A stretch of 64,000 bases of DNA from Lama guanicoe (lineage: Eukaryota): contig MU054117.1 in the NCBI GenBank assembly GCA_013239625.1, positions 4,987,514-5,051,513 of the forward strand, given 5' to 3'. The notes under the pieces were generated by a model. That model made no database searches, had not been told where the DNA came from, and saw only the letters and a list, made by a program, of their open reading frames with translations. This document shows positions 51,961 through 64,000 of this stretch, piece after piece (within the stretch, counting starts at the first letter, position 1; each line of letters opens with the position of its first letter). Both the position numbers and the translations under genes were made by a program.

Positions 51961-54900
51961 GGGGACTGCCTGGCCTGAGGCTGGGGGCTCAGGGGGTGGG
52001 GCCGGCCCCAGTGGAGGGATGGGGGCCAGGACATCTGGAGGATCGGGAAGGTGGGGGGAGGTGGGAGGGTCTCACGAGGAGGGCTGATGCGGGCAGGAGG
52101 GTAGCCAGGACTCCGGGACCCAAAGAGGAACGCCGAAGTGGAAGGCTGGTGGAGGAAAAATGGGATGCCGCTGAGGGGGCAACGGAGCGAAGGCAAAAAG
52201 GAATGGAGAGATGGCAACGAGGTGGGGCGTGAGGACTCCAGGAAAAGCCCCAAAGGCCCAGATCTCAGGTTTTAGAACCCAATTTCGGGGTGCTAGGTAT
52301 AGAAGGGAGGTGGGAAATGGGGAAGGGGTGTGGTAAGTGGAAAGAGAGGGCTTATAGTTGATGAGGGAGGAGAATGGAACCGGGAAAGGGCCGATGAGAG
52401 GGCCACCTTTGAGAAGAAGAGCCCGAGGTCGACCCTGGTGGGAGTGGGAAGGAGATGCCTTTGTGACTCAGTTTTCTTTCCCCTACTCCAGGTCACCTCT
52501 AACCTTGTTTTTCCAATCCCAGACATAGGTACTTCTTGGAGAGGGGCACAATGGGGCCCAGCAGTGTGAGTCCTCCCGCAACTGAGGAGGAGGAAGATGG
52601 GAACACTGAAGGGAGAGTTAAGGAGGAAGGGCTTCTGGTAGGGTGGAAACAGGAGAGAATTGGGCAGTCTTACAGGCACTCCAAACAAGTTGTGACCCCC
52701 ACCCTCAAATCATCAGAGCACCCACTGCCCCTCTGGCTGTGGTTTCCTTAAGAAGGGGTGGATCTTCTTTACTGTTTTGAGCTCAAAGATTTCCCTTTGT
52801 GCATGGACTTGTTTCTACTGGGGTAGGTACTCTTAAGCTCCCTTCCCTGCGGGTGCTATAGGGGCATAGGAGTTGCTTTGGCAACTGGAGGGGAGGTGGC
52901 TGGCACATAGATCCCTTGGGATGGATTCTTGAGGGGCAGGTTCTGCCATTTTGTTGCCATGGCAATGATCCAGCAGGATGTCCAATAGATGAGGGTTCAG
53001 AATCTAGACTGGGCCTCAGCCTTTGACTGTGTCCTTGAGACTCTTGACTGGGTTCTGGAGGATGTTTCTGGTGCTGCTGGTGGAGAGGAGATTCCCTAGG
53101 GGGTCCACCCCCTTCCATCTAGTAATCTTTAGGAATATGTAGACATGTTACTTGCAGGTCATGGGTGTTTCTCCAAGTCCCTTCTCTAGGCATGGTGGGA
53201 GGATGGAAATCCTCCTGTACCAAGTTATACCATCCTTTGGCAGTTCTTTCTGGCCTCTACCTCCTTCATTATTAGGGACTTTTTGTATACAGTAATCTTT
53301 TTTGCTTATTTGCACAGATATTCTTCCATATTCATAAACTTGAGCCTTCCTTCCTGAGTATCCCTTTTCCTCTTTCCCAGACTATCCTTACAATGACCCC
53401 TTCCCCCAGCTAACCTTCGACCTTCTGTTTCTCTGACCTTATAGGAATGGCTGGGCTCTCCATGCCCATCCCAGGGGAGGGTGGCTCAGGGGAGAGGGCT
53501 GTGGAACAGCCTGGTGCAGTGGAAATATTCAGGAACAGGAGCCAGCAGACCTGGGTCTAGTCCTGGCTGGACCTCTAACTGACCTTGGGCAAGTCACTTC
53601 TTTCTTTGAGCCTCCACTTTATTGTCAGATAAAGGGGTTATAGATAAGATGATATCTGAGGCCCCTCTGACAACTGTGCATTCTAAGGCTTAGGCCAGTG
53701 CCTTGTCATTATCTGCTGGTCTGGGCTGCACTGTTACCACTTTGGACTGGTTTGTTAGTCTGGTTGGTCTGGAATGATGGTGGGGCTGGGCCAACGATCC
53801 TGAAATTCACCCTGCAAGCCAATCCTAGAAAGCCTTGCAACCCAAGTGTATTCCTTCTGAGATCCTCCTGGTATTGCTGCACGAATTTCTTTTCCTGGTC
53901 TTACTTAGAGACTCTTCCCCTGTTTCTCCTGTTTCCACCTCCCCAGTCTGGCCTTTATCGCTTTGCTTTTGCAGTAAGATGCTGAAGGTGAATTTGCTTA
54001 GTGTTTTCCAGATACATAGTAGGTGCTTTATAAACCTGAGTTATAGTGACTGGCTCCTGGGGCAGGAAGGAGGGTGGCTCAGCTCGCTGGTGCTAACATA
54101 TGCTCCAGGTTCAGGAACGTGTATATAACCCAACCCTACCTTCTCTCTCTCCTGCCACTCCTTATCCCCAGGGTCACCTACCATTTTATGACTGCTTTTC
54201 TCCTTCAGAGCTACTCATTGCTAATTTTATCAGATTTTAGCTGATTAACAAAGTTGAGGTGGGGCAGGGGCACACTATGATTGTTCTGTTCTGGTACATC
54301 CCTGCCTTTCTCTGACCTTTGGGATCCCCTGGCTCTCACAATGAACAGGTTCTGTGATGGGGCGGAGGGAGGAGCATCTCCTTTAGAGGGGCTGGCAAAA
54401 GCACACCAGTCACAGTCATCCCTGGGGTGCTTTGTTAAGATTGTTTTCCCCTTTTGTTATGTTGGGTTTTGTTCTTTGGATTTTGGGGGTTGACAGTATT
54501 TGAAAATCAATTTACACAACAACTCAAAAAATGTGGTAATAGTTGTAGTTGAAGAGAAATGGCTGGTTTACTGGGCAGAGCGTCAGTTTAGAAGTTTAGA
54601 AGACCTGGGCTCTGTCCCAGCTATTTTGTGACTCCAGGTAAATTGTTAGTAAGTTCCCTGGAAGGGTGAGGCTCGCCCCTCGCTGCAGGCCTCAGTAGGG
54701 TTCAGTGGAAGTGAGTAAGAAGTAATTGCTCTGTATTCCTTGTGGAAAATGTGCTATAGAACGTGGAGATGCTGTTTGCCTAGCCAGGCCTAACAGGTGG
54801 GGAAGCTCGCTCTGTTCCCATGCAGGCCAGCAGCACTTCATTCAAGAAGACCTACTGAAGTTAGCGGGTTTAAAGGTCAGTAAGGAACAGACCATAACAG

Positions 54901-56202
54901 CCATATATGCATGGCATCAGTGGGGGACATAGTAAGGAAGAAAACAGTGAGAAGATACCATTTTTGTTCTCAAAAGATCTTATGCAATACAAAGTGTTAA
55001 AAAAAAAGATCTTATGGTTAGTAATATGGAGAGATGTGACACTTGGCAAGATATACAAATAAGTGCAAATGAAAATTGCTGACTGTGTTGATACGGCTCT
55101 ATAAAGAAATATATAGATACAGATTGGCTGTGAGGAGGCGTGAGTCCCTGTCTCAGCCCGTGGGATTTGTACATTTGTCTTGCGTGTTCATTGATATTCG
55201 CTGATTTGGGTGGTAAAGCCAAAGCCCTGACTTCTGCTGTAGCCTTGGGAACCCAAGCCCTAGCGCTGCGGGTGGGGAGGTCTTATGAGACTCCCACAAA
55301 CGAAGTTCTGCACTCTGGGGTACCTCGGTTTGGTCTCAGGATGGGTAGGGCCGTGCGCCTTTGCCTTGTAGAATGGGACATTCTTCTCCCACCTACTCTG
55401 TTGTGAGAAAAGATTCCTTTCATATCTCTGGACTGATCTAGGCCCTCTGAGAATTCCCCCCCACTGACTTCTGATGAGAGTACAGCTAAGTACTGAAGAA
55501 AGAGCTTTGAGTCATTGAGATGAGGCTTGGTTCCGGGGCCGACACTGCTTCCTCCCTGTGTATCCATCACATGAAGCTGGGCAAGTCATGGTCATAATCT
55601 GTGCTCCTCAGTTTCTTCACCTATATAATGGGGATATTAAGAATACCTGCTTTTCAGGAGTGGTTGTACATATGAAATGAAATTGGATATGTAAGGGCTT
55701 GACATAAAGGCGCTCAATAAATTAGCTAATACCTCAGCTACGTTTCTTTTTGCTCCTTTGTAAGGCTCTGTGGAATTCGTGTGCGTGCGTGTATCTCCTC
55801 GGGGTCGTGGAAGCTGAAACAGTGTGATCTCCGGACTTGGGGCGCATAGGCACATCCGAGTTTTCTGCCTTCCCCAGAGATGAAAGAGATGAAATTGTGA
55901 GCAGCGTTTCCTTCGTGAACAGATAGCTGGGGAGACCAACAGGGCGCCGGTGTCTTATAGCCCGTGGCAAGCGCAGAAGTGCCCCCTTCACACTCTGGTC
56001 CCCAACTTGGAGACTCTTACGGTCTTTTCCCAACAGGCTTCCCTGAAAACAGAGCCGGCAAGTTCCAGGTGCCCATACCGGAAACTTGCAGATCCTGCCT
56101 CCTGCTTCCCAGGCCACAGCGGTGGGGGACTTAGGGTGAAGCAGTAAGTTTCTGTATTCAGCTGCCCAGGCGGAGGAGAATGGGGTCTCCACAGCCTGAA
56201 GA

Positions 56203-62987
<6,785 letters not shown>

Positions 62988-63435
62988 TGAGCAGAGGGAG
63001 GAAGGAAGGGACAGATGGAAGGCCAAGGCTCCTGTGGTGTGCAGAGGTGGGGAGGTGGCGGGGGTGGGGGCAGAAAGCGCACAGTATCTTGACCAGGTCC
63101 CTCTCCCTTGTCCCCCCGGCTTTCTTCCCAGACGTCCAACCCCGTGGCCACCGCCCCTCCCCAACCCCGTTGGTGTGATTATTTCATCTGTTAGATGTGG
63201 CTGTTTTGCGTAGCATCGTGTGCTGCCCTTTCCCCTCCCCAGTCCCCGTGTGCGCGCCCCCACTGCGATGTATGCCCCTTCCCCCACATTAATAATTTAT
63301 ATATATAAATATCTATATGACGCTCTTTAAAAAACATCCCAAACAAAACCAACCAACCAAACAAAAAAAAAATCCTCACGACTCCCCAGGAAGATGGCTG
63401 TGACTGTTTCTTTGTGGACTATGGGGGCAGGGGTG

Positions 63436-63460
63436 TGGTGGTGGTGGTGGTGGTGGTGGT
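63436..63460 (+). repeat. (GGT)n microsatellite downstream of ATN1
   Basis: About 8 perfect TGG/GGT units. Confidence 0.9.
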
Positions 63461-64000
63461 GTAGGTCACTGCGCAGCGGCGCCCGGACAGAATGCTGTGG
63501 GACCACCGGAGATCAGCCTGGAAGTGAGTAGGGACCGTGGAGAATAGGAGAGGGGATCTCGAACAACATGGAGCCCGGGCTCCGCCAGAGTGGGTACCGG
63601 TGCTAGTCCCGTCCTTCTAGGAAGTCGGGATGCTGGCGGCCTGGGACAGGCACATCTCTACGCCCTCCAAGGAACTTCTCAGACTTAGGAGGCATTTCTG
63701 CCACTGGTCCCATATAGCTCGGAGCCACCAGTCCTGAATTCTCTCCGAAGAATGGTTAGAAACGGTGATAAAGCAGAGGTGCAGGGGCGTGGCTGCAATA
63801 GGTTGAAGCGATTAGAACCCGGGAGTGGGTTTTAAGAGGGAGTGGGTGACAATTTCAGAAGGGAAGGGAAACAAGAAGGCGTTAGCACACACCCCTACAC
63901 AAGGCCATTTTAGGAAAGCACAAGAGCTGATTTAGCGCCCAGTTTTTATTGCTGCGAAGCTCTGTCTTGCTTCTTAAAAACTAAAGGGGAGTGTCTGGCT

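Noticed and set aside
63470..64000. Expected RNU7-1 / C12orf57 downstream of ATN1
   Set aside because: No U7 snRNA sequence or C12orf57 exon is recognisable in the window; by synteny they should lie just beyond its end.

Overview
This is mammalian genomic DNA from the gene-dense cluster syntenic to human 12p13.31. It runs through the CDCA3 5' end (-), USP5 (+, 20 coding exons, 858 aa), TPI1 (+, 249 aa), SPSB2 (-, 263 aa), a ~13 kb repeat-rich interval, LRRC23 (+, 344 aa), ENO2 (+, 434 aa) and ATN1 (+, 1190 aa). I traced all exon boundaries by hand; they follow GT-AG and keep frame. The tRNA-Ala-derived SINEs and the L1 3' ends suggest an artiodactyl, most likely a camelid (inference). I found no new multi-gene system. 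The most unusual observations are: (1) a ~130 bp copy of ATN1 exon-5 coding sequence inside ATN1 intron 2; (2) a strong-Kozak uORF whose stop overlaps the ATN1 start codon (ATGA); (3) a CCG-interrupted ATN1 polyQ tract; (4) a near-perfect 102 bp tandem duplication upstream of ATN1; (5) an orphan CpG-island promoter-like element at ~27 kb; (6) a decayed Tigger transposase; (7) an apparently shifted LRRC23 stop codon next to a 3'UTR intron. Comparisons with human sequence and repeat family names come from memory and need database confirmation.
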